From positions 32,329 to 84,416 of the forward strand of contig DBHI01000120.1 in assembly GCA_002296125.1 (NCBI GenBank): a stretch of DNA of 52,088 nt, in the 5' to 3' direction. Shown here piece after piece: positions 38,587 to 47,631 of this stretch. The notes below the pieces were generated by a model that saw only the letters and a list, made by a program, of their open reading frames with translations, ran no database searches and was not told the DNA's origin. The stretch is from Anaerolineales bacterium UBA832. Its GTDB lineage: Bacteria; Chloroflexota; Anaerolineae; Anaerolineales; UBA11657. Positions within the stretch are counted from its first letter, which is position 1; each line of letters starts with the position of its first letter. The position numbers and the translations under genes are program-made.

Positions 38587-40086
38587 ATGGTTAATATTGG
38601 AACTTTATTGTTAGGGTTTGTTAGTGGATTAATATTGGTCTGGTGTGCTACTGCAATATTTAGAAAGTTTGCTCCAGGATTAGGTTTGGTGGCTGTAGAA
38701 AACTTTCGTAGCTCGCACATTGGTACTGTGCCTGTGGCAGGAGGCGTGACATTTGTTGTCATTTCTCCATTAATAGCTTTGTTCATAGCTAATCAAATAG
38801 ATGTTCATCTAGAGCGCAGTGATTGGGCTTTGCTTGTTTCTGGGTGGTTTATAGCAATTGTGAGTCTGATAGATGACTGGAAACCACTTCCAGCTCGTGT
38901 GAGATTAGTGGCACAGGTTTGGGCTGTTTTGGGGCTAATAATATATGCAAGATATCTGCGGTTTTTTGGTGCAGGAAGTTTTGGGGTTGTTGATGTAGGT
39001 TGGTTAGGAGTATTGATAACCATTGTGTGGGTTTTAGGTATGTCAAATGCTTTTAATTTTATGGATGGCATGGACGGTCTTGTGGCTGGGCAAAGTCTTA
39101 TTGTTGCTCTCAGTGTAGCTTGGATGAGTATGAATGTGGGTTTGAGTTGGATGGCAATATTATCTGCTTCATTAGGAGGTGGATTGTTGGGTTTTTTTAT
39201 GCATAATGTTTCACCAGCTCGTGTGTTTATGGGTGATGTTGGCAGTATATGGTTAGGTTTTTTATTTTCAGGTATGGCGGTAATAGGAGCTCCTAGAAGT
39301 GGTGAACGTTTGTCTCTTGGTTTTTGGATATTGATACTTGGTATATTTTTGCTTGATTCAGGATTAACATTGGGCAGAAGGTTGTTGCAAGGTGAGCCTG
39401 TGTTAGAGGCTCATAGAACACATTATTATCAACGTTTGTTAAGCATTGGTTGGGGTCATGGTCGAGTGACCACATGGTATTTGGTGATGGCGACTATTTT
39501 GGCCGGGGTATCAATTGTGCACTTTGATATTTGGCGATTACCATTTGTAGTACTTGTAGTAGTAGGATTAATGGCTTTTGCGGGCACTTTTGCATTAGTG
39601 CATTATGTGGAAAGTTATAAAGTTGAGTTTGAATCTGAGCATGGTAGCCCATTGGGGAAAGTAACTGCTGGTGGATTACTTAAGCCGTTTGTACGTCTAT
39701 TACAACATTCAGGTACTGTTTTGATGATGGATGGAGCGATAGTGGTTATTGCATATCTCATGGCTTTTAGATTAGGTGTTGGTAATTGGTTTGATATTGA
39801 TATTAGAGACGGTATTATTGCTGTATTTTTTGTGCATTTAACCTTGAATTTGGCTTTGGGGATTTATATTGAAAAGTTATCCTTATCAAGATTGTCCTTA
39901 ATATTGCGGATATTATCATCATGTCTAATGTCATTTATTGCTTTGTTATTAGGAGAGATTTTATTGGGACCGGTGAGATCTATTCCAGTCATAGTATTGA
40001 TAATCGGTACAGGAATGAGTGCTATCGGATTTGTATTAGTACGCTCTAGAAGAACTTTGCAACAAGAAAGGTTCATCAAAGATTGA
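38587..40086 (+). CDS. MraY/WecA/WbpL-family PGT (copy 2) fused to a C-terminal 4-TM module resembling the N-terminal membrane domain of CapD/PglF/WbpM
   Basis: N-terminal ~330 aa: LIDDWKPLP, NAFNFMDGMDGLVAG, FMGDVGSIWLGF. C-terminal ~150 aa: LMMDGAIVVIAYLMAFRLGV...LALGIYIEKLSLSRLSLILRIL...VRSIPVIVLIIGTGMSAIGFVLVRSRR, which matches by eye the D-x6-A-x-x-A-F-x-LRF / G-x-Y...R-x-x-S layout of the WbpM-type TM domain. Confidence 0.7.
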   Translation: MVNIGTLLLGFVSGLILVWCATAIFRKFAPGLGLVAVENFRSSHIGTVPVAGGVTFVVISPLIALFIANQIDVHLERSDWALLVSGWFIAIVSLIDDWKPLPARVRLVAQVWAVLGLIIYARYLRFFGAGSFGVVDVGWLGVLITIVWVLGMSNAFNFMDGMDGLVAGQSLIVALSVAWMSMNVGLSWMAILSASLGGGLLGFFMHNVSPARVFMGDVGSIWLGFLFSGMAVIGAPRSGERLSLGFWILILGIFLLDSGLTLGRRLLQGEPVLEAHRTHYYQRLLSIGWGHGRVTTWYLVMATILAGVSIVHFDIWRLPFVVLVVVGLMAFAGTFALVHYVESYKVEFESEHGSPLGKVTAGGLLKPFVRLLQHSGTVLMMDGAIVVIAYLMAFRLGVGNWFDIDIRDGIIAVFFVHLTLNLALGIYIEKLSLSRLSLILRILSSCLMSFIALLLGEILLGPVRSIPVIVLIIGTGMSAIGFVLVRSRRTLQQERFIKD

Positions 40087-40108
40087 GATATTACATAGAG
40101 GTGTTTCG

Positions 40109-42172
40109 TTGACAGAGAGATATTCTAAATATTGTATAACCGTTTTACTTCTTGTTGTAGCATTGATGTGTAGTATAAGAGTGTTTGCTACTCCTTTTAA
40201 TGATAATGAAGGTGGATTTCCGGATGAATTATTCCATGTTGGTCGTTCTTTGCAAAATACCATCCGGATTTCAGAATTGATCAATTTCGGTCATATTGAT
40301 AATTCTGTGGATGATTTAGCAGGTTTTAGTTCTAGAGTAGAAACGGTTTGTGAATTAGGTATTGAAAAGCCAGATATTTGTCCTGGATATTTCGAGTCTC
40401 GTGTTAACAATGTATATCCCGTCAGTAGTGGGAATATTCGTGGAAAGGGAGTCTATATTTTTCATGGACTTATGCAATTAGTATTACATAATGTTAACGT
40501 TGGTTTTAGGATATATTTCGCTAGGATGATGGCCGTTATGATTGGTGTGTTAATGGTTTATGTTATATATAGATTATCTTTTCTATTGTTTCATGATCAA
40601 AGATTGGCTATTGCTGTTGCTGCATCCATTGGTCTAATGCCATCTGTTAGTAACATTGTTAGTGCAGTATCTACAGAAGGACCGGCATTATTGGCAGTAG
40701 CATTACTATTGTTATCAACCACAATCATTGTTGTTCAAGGATTTTCTATTGCGAGATTGTTGCTTTTTGGGTTTTCAGTGTTATGTTGTCTTTTTACAAA
40801 AATTACTGCGATAATACCTTTGCCTATATTGATGTTGTTTTTCCTAGATAGGGTTGGTTTCAGTTGGAAAAAATTGCTTGCGGTTTTTGGTTTTCTCATA
40901 GTCATTGCTATAACATTTTTAAGAGGTGATGCGACAAAAGCAGGTGTAGCACATTGGTACTTTGAGAGGAATCCTGGTCTAGTATCTGTACACGGTACAC
41001 CAGTAAAGTTGGCTTATCAGGTATTTTATAAATCATATGGGGTTGAAAAGAATATAAAACCGAATGCTATTGCGAATGATTGGGCCATTGGTTATACATG
41101 TTTGACTGAATTTGATAATATTTCTTGTGATTCATTTCCATCCCAGTTTTCAAATACTATTGTACAATTTTTGCCAACTAGAGAGGCTAAAAGATTAGCT
41201 GGTAAAATCGTTACTTTTGGATCATGGATGTATGCTAATGATGGTGAAATAGTTAGTAGTCCAGCAATTGTTTTAGGATATGATAATGCTAATCAAGATG
41301 TAGTTGGTGGTTCGCAACATACAGGTAATGGTGCATGGGAATTTGTAGTCAATCATATTCAGTTGCCTAATGATATACGTGATATTGGAGTGAGTTTGGA
41401 TGCTAGCAATCAATCCCTAATATTTTGGGACGATATAGTTTTAATAGAAGGATTGCTAGGTGCCGAAGGTGGACCACCAGTTTTTGATAATAGAGACTCT
41501 TCTTCAGGTGTTTGGAATGGAATTAGATTTAGCAATTTATTAAAAAATGGCTCTGCCGAGCAACATTGGAACAATGTTCCTGATAGTCTTTGGTCATTTA
41601 TGATTAATTATGGTACTGGAACATGGGCTAATAGATTAAATGGTCAATTATTTACACTTTATGATTTAGATCGTACAGGATCAGGATATTTTGCAGGTAT
41701 CCGAGCTATGTTTGTTACTTTTTGGGGGTCTTTTGTGGGTGGTGATTGGCCTGGTTTGGCTCGTTGGCATTATGTTGTTGCGATCGTATTTGTGATCATA
41801 TCTTTGTACGGGTGGCTCCGATATGTCAATTTCGATAGTAAGCTAAAAGTTATGCCATTAGGTTTACCATTATATTTTTGGTGTTTGATATTGGCATATC
41901 TGATAACAGGTATTTTACGTATGGAGATATCTGCTGAATGGGTACCTCCTTTATATTATTCGACCTCAAGATTTGTCTTGCCAGCTATAATTCCTGTGAT
42001 GTTATTGTTAATTTCTGGTTTAGTATTTTTGACAAGCAGGAAATTAAGTCGACTGTTAATAGCTACATTAGTACTTCTGATTTTTTTAGCTAATTCTTGG
42101 ATGTTGTTGCGTGTTGAATTACCATATTTTAAGTGTGACATTGAACCGCGTTGGGTGTGTACAGATCTGTAA
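40109..42172 (+). CDS. Large polytopic membrane protein (687 aa) with a ~270-aa central extracytoplasmic domain, putative GT-C-type glycosyltransferase (DUF2142-like N-terminus)
   Basis: TTG start. The first loop FNDNEGGFPDELFHVGRS carries a PDE-x-x-H motif recalled from DUF2142/GT-C proteins. About 8 hydrophobic segments are followed by a soluble region (~aa 290-560) and then 4 more hydrophobic segments. Confidence 0.45.
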   Translation: MTERYSKYCITVLLLVVALMCSIRVFATPFNDNEGGFPDELFHVGRSLQNTIRISELINFGHIDNSVDDLAGFSSRVETVCELGIEKPDICPGYFESRVNNVYPVSSGNIRGKGVYIFHGLMQLVLHNVNVGFRIYFARMMAVMIGVLMVYVIYRLSFLLFHDQRLAIAVAASIGLMPSVSNIVSAVSTEGPALLAVALLLLSTTIIVVQGFSIARLLLFGFSVLCCLFTKITAIIPLPILMLFFLDRVGFSWKKLLAVFGFLIVIAITFLRGDATKAGVAHWYFERNPGLVSVHGTPVKLAYQVFYKSYGVEKNIKPNAIANDWAIGYTCLTEFDNISCDSFPSQFSNTIVQFLPTREAKRLAGKIVTFGSWMYANDGEIVSSPAIVLGYDNANQDVVGGSQHTGNGAWEFVVNHIQLPNDIRDIGVSLDASNQSLIFWDDIVLIEGLLGAEGGPPVFDNRDSSSGVWNGIRFSNLLKNGSAEQHWNNVPDSLWSFMINYGTGTWANRLNGQLFTLYDLDRTGSGYFAGIRAMFVTFWGSFVGGDWPGLARWHYVVAIVFVIISLYGWLRYVNFDSKLKVMPLGLPLYFWCLILAYLITGILRMEISAEWVPPLYYSTSRFVLPAIIPVMLLLISGLVFLTSRKLSRLLIATLVLLIFLANSWMLLRVELPYFKCDIEPRWVCTDL

Positions 42173-42189
42173 ATGAGGATATAGATAAA

Positions 42190-44103
42190 ATGTGTGGTGT
42201 TTTTGGAATGGTTGGCAATTCTAATAGAGATATAGCTAGACGTGTGTGTGGAGCGATGCATCATCGTGGTCCAGACGATAATGGCATGTGGTTTGATGAT
42301 AAAAGTATTCCTGTGACTTTAGTGAATACAAGACTCGCTATATTAGATTTGTCTGATGCAGGACATATGCCTATGCAAAATAATAATGGTGATTTAGTAG
42401 TTACTTATAATGGTGAAATATATAATTTTCCTGAAATACGTGATATGTTGGAGAGCCTTGGTTATTCTTTTGTGTCTCAGAGTGATACAGAAGTCTTGTT
42501 GACTGCTTATGAACATTGGGGTGAGGGCTGTATTGATCATTTTAGAGGGATGTTTGCTTTTGTGATATGGGATATCAAGAAACAGAAATTGTTTGCAGCT
42601 AGGGATAGGCTTGGAATAAAACCTTTGTATTGGTCTATGGTAGGTGATTGTTTACTAATTGGTTCTGAAATAAAGACACTATTGTCAACAGGCTTAATAG
42701 ATTCATTATTAGATCAAGAAGCTCTGCATCACTATTTGACATTCTATGCGGTTCCGCCGCCTTTGACTATGATTCAGGATATCAAGGCTCTTTTGCCTGG
42801 GCATGCTTTGACATGGGAGAGTGGTAGTTTATCAATTAAGCAATATTGGGATCTACCAGTTGTGACGTCTATTTACAAAGATACTGACAGTTATGATGTA
42901 CTGGAAATGCAACGTGAATTGCGTAATTTGTTAGAAGAATCTATTAAACTACGTATGGTTGCAGATGTTCCAGTTGGTGCATTTTTGTCAGGAGGTTTGG
43001 ATTCTTCAGCAGTTGTTGCTTTGATGGCTACGTTAAGTGGTAATCAATTAAAGACTTTTTCGATAGGTTATGATATTGATGGAACTAAAGTCGATGAGCG
43101 ATATTTTGCTGATTTAGTAGCTAAAAAATATGATACTGAACATCATGAAATAGTAGTTACTGGACAAGATGTAGCATCACAATTGTCTAATTTTGTTAGT
43201 GCCATGGATCAGCCTAGCGGTGATGGTCTAAATACGTTTCTAGTGTCACAAGCAACTTCTCAACATGTAAAGGTTGCTCTATCTGGATTGGGCGGTGATG
43301 AATTGTTCGCTGGTTACAATCAATATCGATATTTAATGTATGCAGATAATATCAGTGCATTGTGGGGTTATGTACCTAAACAAGTTAAGGGAATAGCAAG
43401 ACATTTGTTTAATCTGTCTTCAAGTATTTTCGATAGAGAGGCACTTGCTGATATACCAAATTGGTTAGAGTCACATTTCTTGGAACGGTATTTGCGAACT
43501 CGAACATTATTTAATGAAGATATAAAAACTCAACTCTATAGTTCAAACCAATTGTGGAGAGAGAATGAAATTGCATCTAGCATTGATTTCCTTAAGCCTT
43601 ATATTAATGATAACGAACAAGATTCCATTGTGAAAGTTACGCGATTAGAACTTAAATCTTATTTGTCACACATGTTGCTACGTGACACTGATGTCACCAG
43701 TATGTCTCATTCACTAGAAGTTCGAGTACCTTTAATTGATCATAAACTTGTTGAATTTGCATTAAATATTCCACCATCTGAAAAACTAGACAAGTCATTT
43801 TCTGGAAATTTTTCTGGTAGAGGAAAAAAGATATTATCTGATGTATTATCTGATTTGTTGCCTGATGAGATTTTGATGAGGAAAAAACAGGGATTTTTTA
43901 TGCCTGTGAATGAATGGTTACGTAATGATTTGAATCCTATTCTATCGGAGGCTTTGTCAGATGATTCTGTGTCTCGACGCGGCCTTTTTGATCCGGTTCA
44001 GGTGCGAAAATTGCGCAATGAGTTTGATCTTGGTCAGGGATCATACATGCGGATTTGGGCATTGCTAATGTTAGAATTGTGGCAAAGAGAGTTTGTAGAC
44101 TAA
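42190..44103 (+). CDS. Asparagine synthase (glutamine-hydrolysing) family amidotransferase, AsnB/WbpS-like
   Basis: The start must be the ATG at 42190 so that the protein begins MCGVFG, giving the N-terminal nucleophile Cys2 of class-II (Ntn) glutamine amidotransferases; the ORF track starts at 42151. SGGLDSS pyrophosphatase loop. Confidence 0.88.
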   Translation: MCGVFGMVGNSNRDIARRVCGAMHHRGPDDNGMWFDDKSIPVTLVNTRLAILDLSDAGHMPMQNNNGDLVVTYNGEIYNFPEIRDMLESLGYSFVSQSDTEVLLTAYEHWGEGCIDHFRGMFAFVIWDIKKQKLFAARDRLGIKPLYWSMVGDCLLIGSEIKTLLSTGLIDSLLDQEALHHYLTFYAVPPPLTMIQDIKALLPGHALTWESGSLSIKQYWDLPVVTSIYKDTDSYDVLEMQRELRNLLEESIKLRMVADVPVGAFLSGGLDSSAVVALMATLSGNQLKTFSIGYDIDGTKVDERYFADLVAKKYDTEHHEIVVTGQDVASQLSNFVSAMDQPSGDGLNTFLVSQATSQHVKVALSGLGGDELFAGYNQYRYLMYADNISALWGYVPKQVKGIARHLFNLSSSIFDREALADIPNWLESHFLERYLRTRTLFNEDIKTQLYSSNQLWRENEIASSIDFLKPYINDNEQDSIVKVTRLELKSYLSHMLLRDTDVTSMSHSLEVRVPLIDHKLVEFALNIPPSEKLDKSFSGNFSGRGKKILSDVLSDLLPDEILMRKKQGFFMPVNEWLRNDLNPILSEALSDDSVSRRGLFDPVQVRKLRNEFDLGQGSYMRIWALLMLELWQREFVD

Positions 44104-44141
44104 GATATCGATAAAATTTGTTCTTTCAGGAGAGATTGTAA

Positions 44142-45272
44142 ATGATAAATATACCTCAAACTGATCCATATGCTAATTATCTGTCACATAAGGACCAAAT
44201 TGATAATGCAATATTAAGAGTTTTGGATAGCGGTACTTATATTATGGGTAATGAAGTTTCTTCGTTTGAGGAGGAATTTGCTAAATTTATTGGATGTGAT
44301 TTTGTAGCAGGTGTGGCTTCAGGTACAGATGCAATTGATTTAGCATTAAGATCACTTGGTATTGGTGTTGGATCGGTAGTTTTTACTGTTAGTCATACTG
44401 CAGTTGCTACTGTTGCAGCTATTGAGCGTACAGGAGCTACTCCTATATTGGTAGATATTGCACCTGATACATACAATATGGATGTAGTTTGTTTAGAGAA
44501 TGCAATTAAGGCATATTCAGATGAATCTGCAGCGATAGTACCAGTACATCTTTATGGTCATCCAGCTGATATGGAATCGATCATGCGAATTGCAGATGAT
44601 TATGGTCTGTTTGTAGTTGAAGATTGTGCACAGGCTCATGGTGCGTCTATTTTAAATAAGAAGGTGGGTACTTGGGGTCATTTGAGTGCTTTTAGTTTTT
44701 ACCCTACTAAGAATCTTGGTGCTTTAGGTGATGCTGGGGCTGTAGCATCAAATGATTTGCATTTGATTGAAAAAGTTAGGCATTTGCAGGAATATGGTTG
44801 GACTAAGAGGTATATCAGTGAAATGCCAGGTATTAATAGTAGAATGGATCCTATTCAAGCTGCTGTATTAAGAATTAAGCTTACAAGACTTGATGAAGAG
44901 AATAAGAAACGTAATATTTCAGCGGAAATTTATAACGATGCATTTTCTATTCTTAATATTCAACTACCATATGTAAAAAATGACGTAAGTCATGTGTTTC
45001 ATCAATATGTTGTCAGAGTTGAACATCGTGATGAATTACGTGAATTTTTGTATGAGAGGGGTATATCTACTGGGATACATTATCCATTGCCAGTTCATCA
45101 ACAACCTGCCTATAATGGTCGTATAGTTATTCACGATCATCTGAAGCATACTGAGGCAATTTCTAGTAACATTTTAAGTTTACCTATGTACTCTGAATTA
45201 TCTTCTGTTGATGTTGATATGGTGATAAGAGAAATAATGCGGTGGTATGATAGCAAACTTAGATATTTTTGA
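44142..45272 (+). CDS. DegT/DnrJ/EryC1/StrS-family PLP-dependent sugar aminotransferase
   Basis: AGGAGA RBS. GVASGTDAIDLAL, DCAQAHGA and FSFYPTKNLGALGDAGAV (PLP Lys). Confidence 0.9.
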   Translation: MINIPQTDPYANYLSHKDQIDNAILRVLDSGTYIMGNEVSSFEEEFAKFIGCDFVAGVASGTDAIDLALRSLGIGVGSVVFTVSHTAVATVAAIERTGATPILVDIAPDTYNMDVVCLENAIKAYSDESAAIVPVHLYGHPADMESIMRIADDYGLFVVEDCAQAHGASILNKKVGTWGHLSAFSFYPTKNLGALGDAGAVASNDLHLIEKVRHLQEYGWTKRYISEMPGINSRMDPIQAAVLRIKLTRLDEENKKRNISAEIYNDAFSILNIQLPYVKNDVSHVFHQYVVRVEHRDELREFLYERGISTGIHYPLPVHQQPAYNGRIVIHDHLKHTEAISSNILSLPMYSELSSVDVDMVIREIMRWYDSKLRYF

Positions 45273-45292
45273 ACCTTGTCTTTTGTTGCATA

Positions 45293-45323
45293 TTGAGGCG
45301 GTACTTATACAATACTATATAAT
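45293..45323 (+). promoter_or_regulatory. Possible sigma70-like internal promoter upstream of the C-methyltransferase gene
   Basis: TTGAGG (45293-45298), a 17-19 nt spacer, then TATATAAT containing TATAAT (45318-45323), in a 76-nt intergenic gap. AT-rich DNA gives many chance matches. Confidence 0.2.
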
Positions 45324-45348
45324 CTTATTAGAAGGAGAATCTTGATTT

Positions 45349-46596
45349 ATGAATGAAATTTCATTAAATAAAAAAATATGTAGACTTTGTGATGCACCAA
45401 GTTTACAAAGTTTTCTGGATTTAGGAAGAATGCCTATTGCAAATGCTTTTCTTACTTCAGAGCAACTCAAAGATACAGAATTTACATTCAATTTGGAAGT
45501 GGGATTTTGTGAAAAATGTTTCATTGTTCAATTAATAGATATGGTTGAACCAAACAAATTGTTTCATGAGAATTATGCATACTTTTCTTCTATTTCAAGT
45601 GTGATGGACAATCATTTTGCTGATTTAGCTAATGAGATAAATACTGAAATTTTTTATGATCCAACACTATCTGTTATAGAAATTGGATCTAATGATGGAA
45701 TATTGTTGAGCAAGCTCACTGGATATGCATTGAATACAATTGGTATTGAACCATCAGCTAATGTGGCATCAGCAGCTCGAAAACAGGGCCTGAACGTTAT
45801 ATCTAGATTTTTTGATTCGTCTTTGGCAGTGGAATTATCGGAGAAATATAATGCTGCGCAGTTAGTTGTAGGTACAAATGTATTATGTCATATTCCTGAT
45901 TTAAACGAATTAGCTAAATCCTTAAATATTGTTTTAGATGATGAAGGTGTATTTATTTTTGAAGATCCATATTTGTTGGAAATAATGCATAAACTTGCAT
46001 ATGATCAGATATATGACGAGCATTACTATTATTTTAGTGTTACCGCATTACAAGTATTGTTTGCTAGACATGGTTTACGTTTATTTAAGGTTGAACCAAT
46101 TTCAGTTCATGGTGGATCTATGAGGATTTATGGATGCAAATTGTCTTCAAAGCGTTCTACAGATGAGTCAGTGGTCAGGCAACTTGCAATTGAAGATGAG
46201 CAAGGCATAAGTAATCTTTCAAGTTATTTGGTGTTTGCGGATAAGGTACAACAATCACGTTCATCTCTTGTGGAATTACTGCACAAGTTAAAGGATGAAG
46301 GAAAAAGTTTGGTTGGTTACGCAGCATCATCTAAAGGTACAGTGATTCTGAACTATTGTGGAATTAATACAGATATTTTGGATTATGTGTATGATAATAC
46401 ACCATCAAAACAAGGTTTGTATACTCCGGGGACTCATATACCTATAGTTTCTACTGATAATTTTTCTTCTGATAAGCCTGATTATGCTTTTATATTAGCA
46501 TGGAATCATATGGAAGAGATTGTTGCTAAGGAGGAGGAATTTAGGAATCAGGGAGGTAAATTTGTGACGCATATTCCTGAAGCTAGGGTTGTATGA
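45349..46596 (+). CDS. NDP-hexose C-methyltransferase, TylC3/EvaC/KijD1-type (Zn-ribbon + class I MT + C-terminal C-methyltransferase domain)
   Basis: AAGGAGA RBS. N-terminal CRLCDAPSLQSFLDLGRMPIANAFL...GFCEKC (4-Cys), VIEIGSNDGILL, NVLCHIPDL, and C-terminal GYAASSKGTVILNYCGI...DNTPSKQGLYTPGTHIPIV. Confidence 0.82.
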   Translation: MNEISLNKKICRLCDAPSLQSFLDLGRMPIANAFLTSEQLKDTEFTFNLEVGFCEKCFIVQLIDMVEPNKLFHENYAYFSSISSVMDNHFADLANEINTEIFYDPTLSVIEIGSNDGILLSKLTGYALNTIGIEPSANVASAARKQGLNVISRFFDSSLAVELSEKYNAAQLVVGTNVLCHIPDLNELAKSLNIVLDDEGVFIFEDPYLLEIMHKLAYDQIYDEHYYYFSVTALQVLFARHGLRLFKVEPISVHGGSMRIYGCKLSSKRSTDESVVRQLAIEDEQGISNLSSYLVFADKVQQSRSSLVELLHKLKDEGKSLVGYAASSKGTVILNYCGINTDILDYVYDNTPSKQGLYTPGTHIPIVSTDNFSSDKPDYAFILAWNHMEEIVAKEEEFRNQGGKFVTHIPEARVV

Positions 46597-46617
46597 AAAT
46601 TAACTGGGAGGTGACAT

Positions 46618-47631
46618 TTGGACTTTTCAGCTATTGCTGGTAGTAACGTCTTGATTACAGGTGGTATGGGATTTATAGGTAGTAATTTGGCAAGACGCTG
46701 CGTTGAGTTAGACTGTAATGTTACGATCATTACTCGTTCTTATGAAAAACAAGAAAATATTGATGCTATTCTTGATCAAATAAAAGTTTGTGAAGTTGAT
46801 TTGAGTATCGTTGATTCAAGTAGAGAAAAAATTCGAGAGCTATTGGTGCAAAAAGATTTTGTGTATCATCTGGCTGCTCAAACAAGTCATCTGGATTCTA
46901 TGGAGAATCCTTTAGGTGACCTGGAAGCTAATTGTGCCGTTACATTAGAATTATTAGAAGGGTGTCGAGAATTGTGCCCAGATGTCAATTTTGTGATGCC
47001 TGGTACAGTGACACAAATCGGGTGTGCTACCAATTTGCCTGTGTCAGAGGATCATCATGATTGGCCAATCACATTGTATGACACACATAAACTTGTTTGC
47101 GAAAAGTATTTGTATGTTTACCATCATAATTACGGTATGAATACAACAATGTTGCGTTTGGCAAATATATTTGGAGAACGTCAAGAGGTAAATAATCCTA
47201 AGAGAGGAATACTAAACTATATGTTGTGGAGAGCTCTTACTGGGGAAGATTTAACTATTTATGAGCCAGGTGATTTTATCAGAGATTATTCTTATATTGA
47301 AAATTGTATTGATGCATTGTTATTGGCAGGAATATCTACAGAAACTAATGGTAAATCATATGTATTTGGGTCTGGCAATGGTTTAGAATTTCAAGAAATG
47401 GTCAGTGAAATTGTAAGACTAGTATATTTACTAAGTGGTAAACAATCTACTGTTATTAGAGTACCATTCCCATTTGCAGAACAACGAATGGATGTTGGTG
47501 ATTTTGTTGCTAACAATCAGAATTTATGTAATGATACAGGGTGGTATCCTAGGATAAGTTTCGAGGACGGTTTAAGCAAAACTATTACATACTATACTGA
47601 TAAATTGGGAGAAGATATTGATGAAAGATAA
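46618..47631 (+). CDS. NAD-dependent epimerase/dehydratase family protein (extended SDR)
   Basis: The TTG start at 46618 lies 6 nt after GGGAGG (46606-46611). VLITGGMGFIGSNLARR and YDTHKLVCE. Confidence 0.85.
   Translation: MDFSAIAGSNVLITGGMGFIGSNLARRCVELDCNVTIITRSYEKQENIDAILDQIKVCEVDLSIVDSSREKIRELLVQKDFVYHLAAQTSHLDSMENPLGDLEANCAVTLELLEGCRELCPDVNFVMPGTVTQIGCATNLPVSEDHHDWPITLYDTHKLVCEKYLYVYHHNYGMNTTMLRLANIFGERQEVNNPKRGILNYMLWRALTGEDLTIYEPGDFIRDYSYIENCIDALLLAGISTETNGKSYVFGSGNGLEFQEMVSEIVRLVYLLSGKQSTVIRVPFPFAEQRMDVGDFVANNQNLCNDTGWYPRISFEDGLSKTITYYTDKLGEDIDER

Noticed and set aside
38587-40086. The idea that the second PGT fusion gene is a recently acquired foreign insertion because of higher GC
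   Set aside because: The sampled lines have about 40% G+C, the same as other conserved enzyme genes in the locus (for example 32923..33939 and 36431..37471). Composition alone does not single it out.
45297-45304. GGCGGTAC in the gap upstream of the C-methyltransferase gene, a 7/8 match to the RfaH ops core GGCGGTAG
   Set aside because: GGCGGTA also occurs inside coding regions (about 12634 and about 21954), so chance occurrence is plausible in this G-over-C-skewed strand. RfaH/ops is an enterobacterial feature and nothing suggests that taxon. It also overlaps the putative -35 hexamer.
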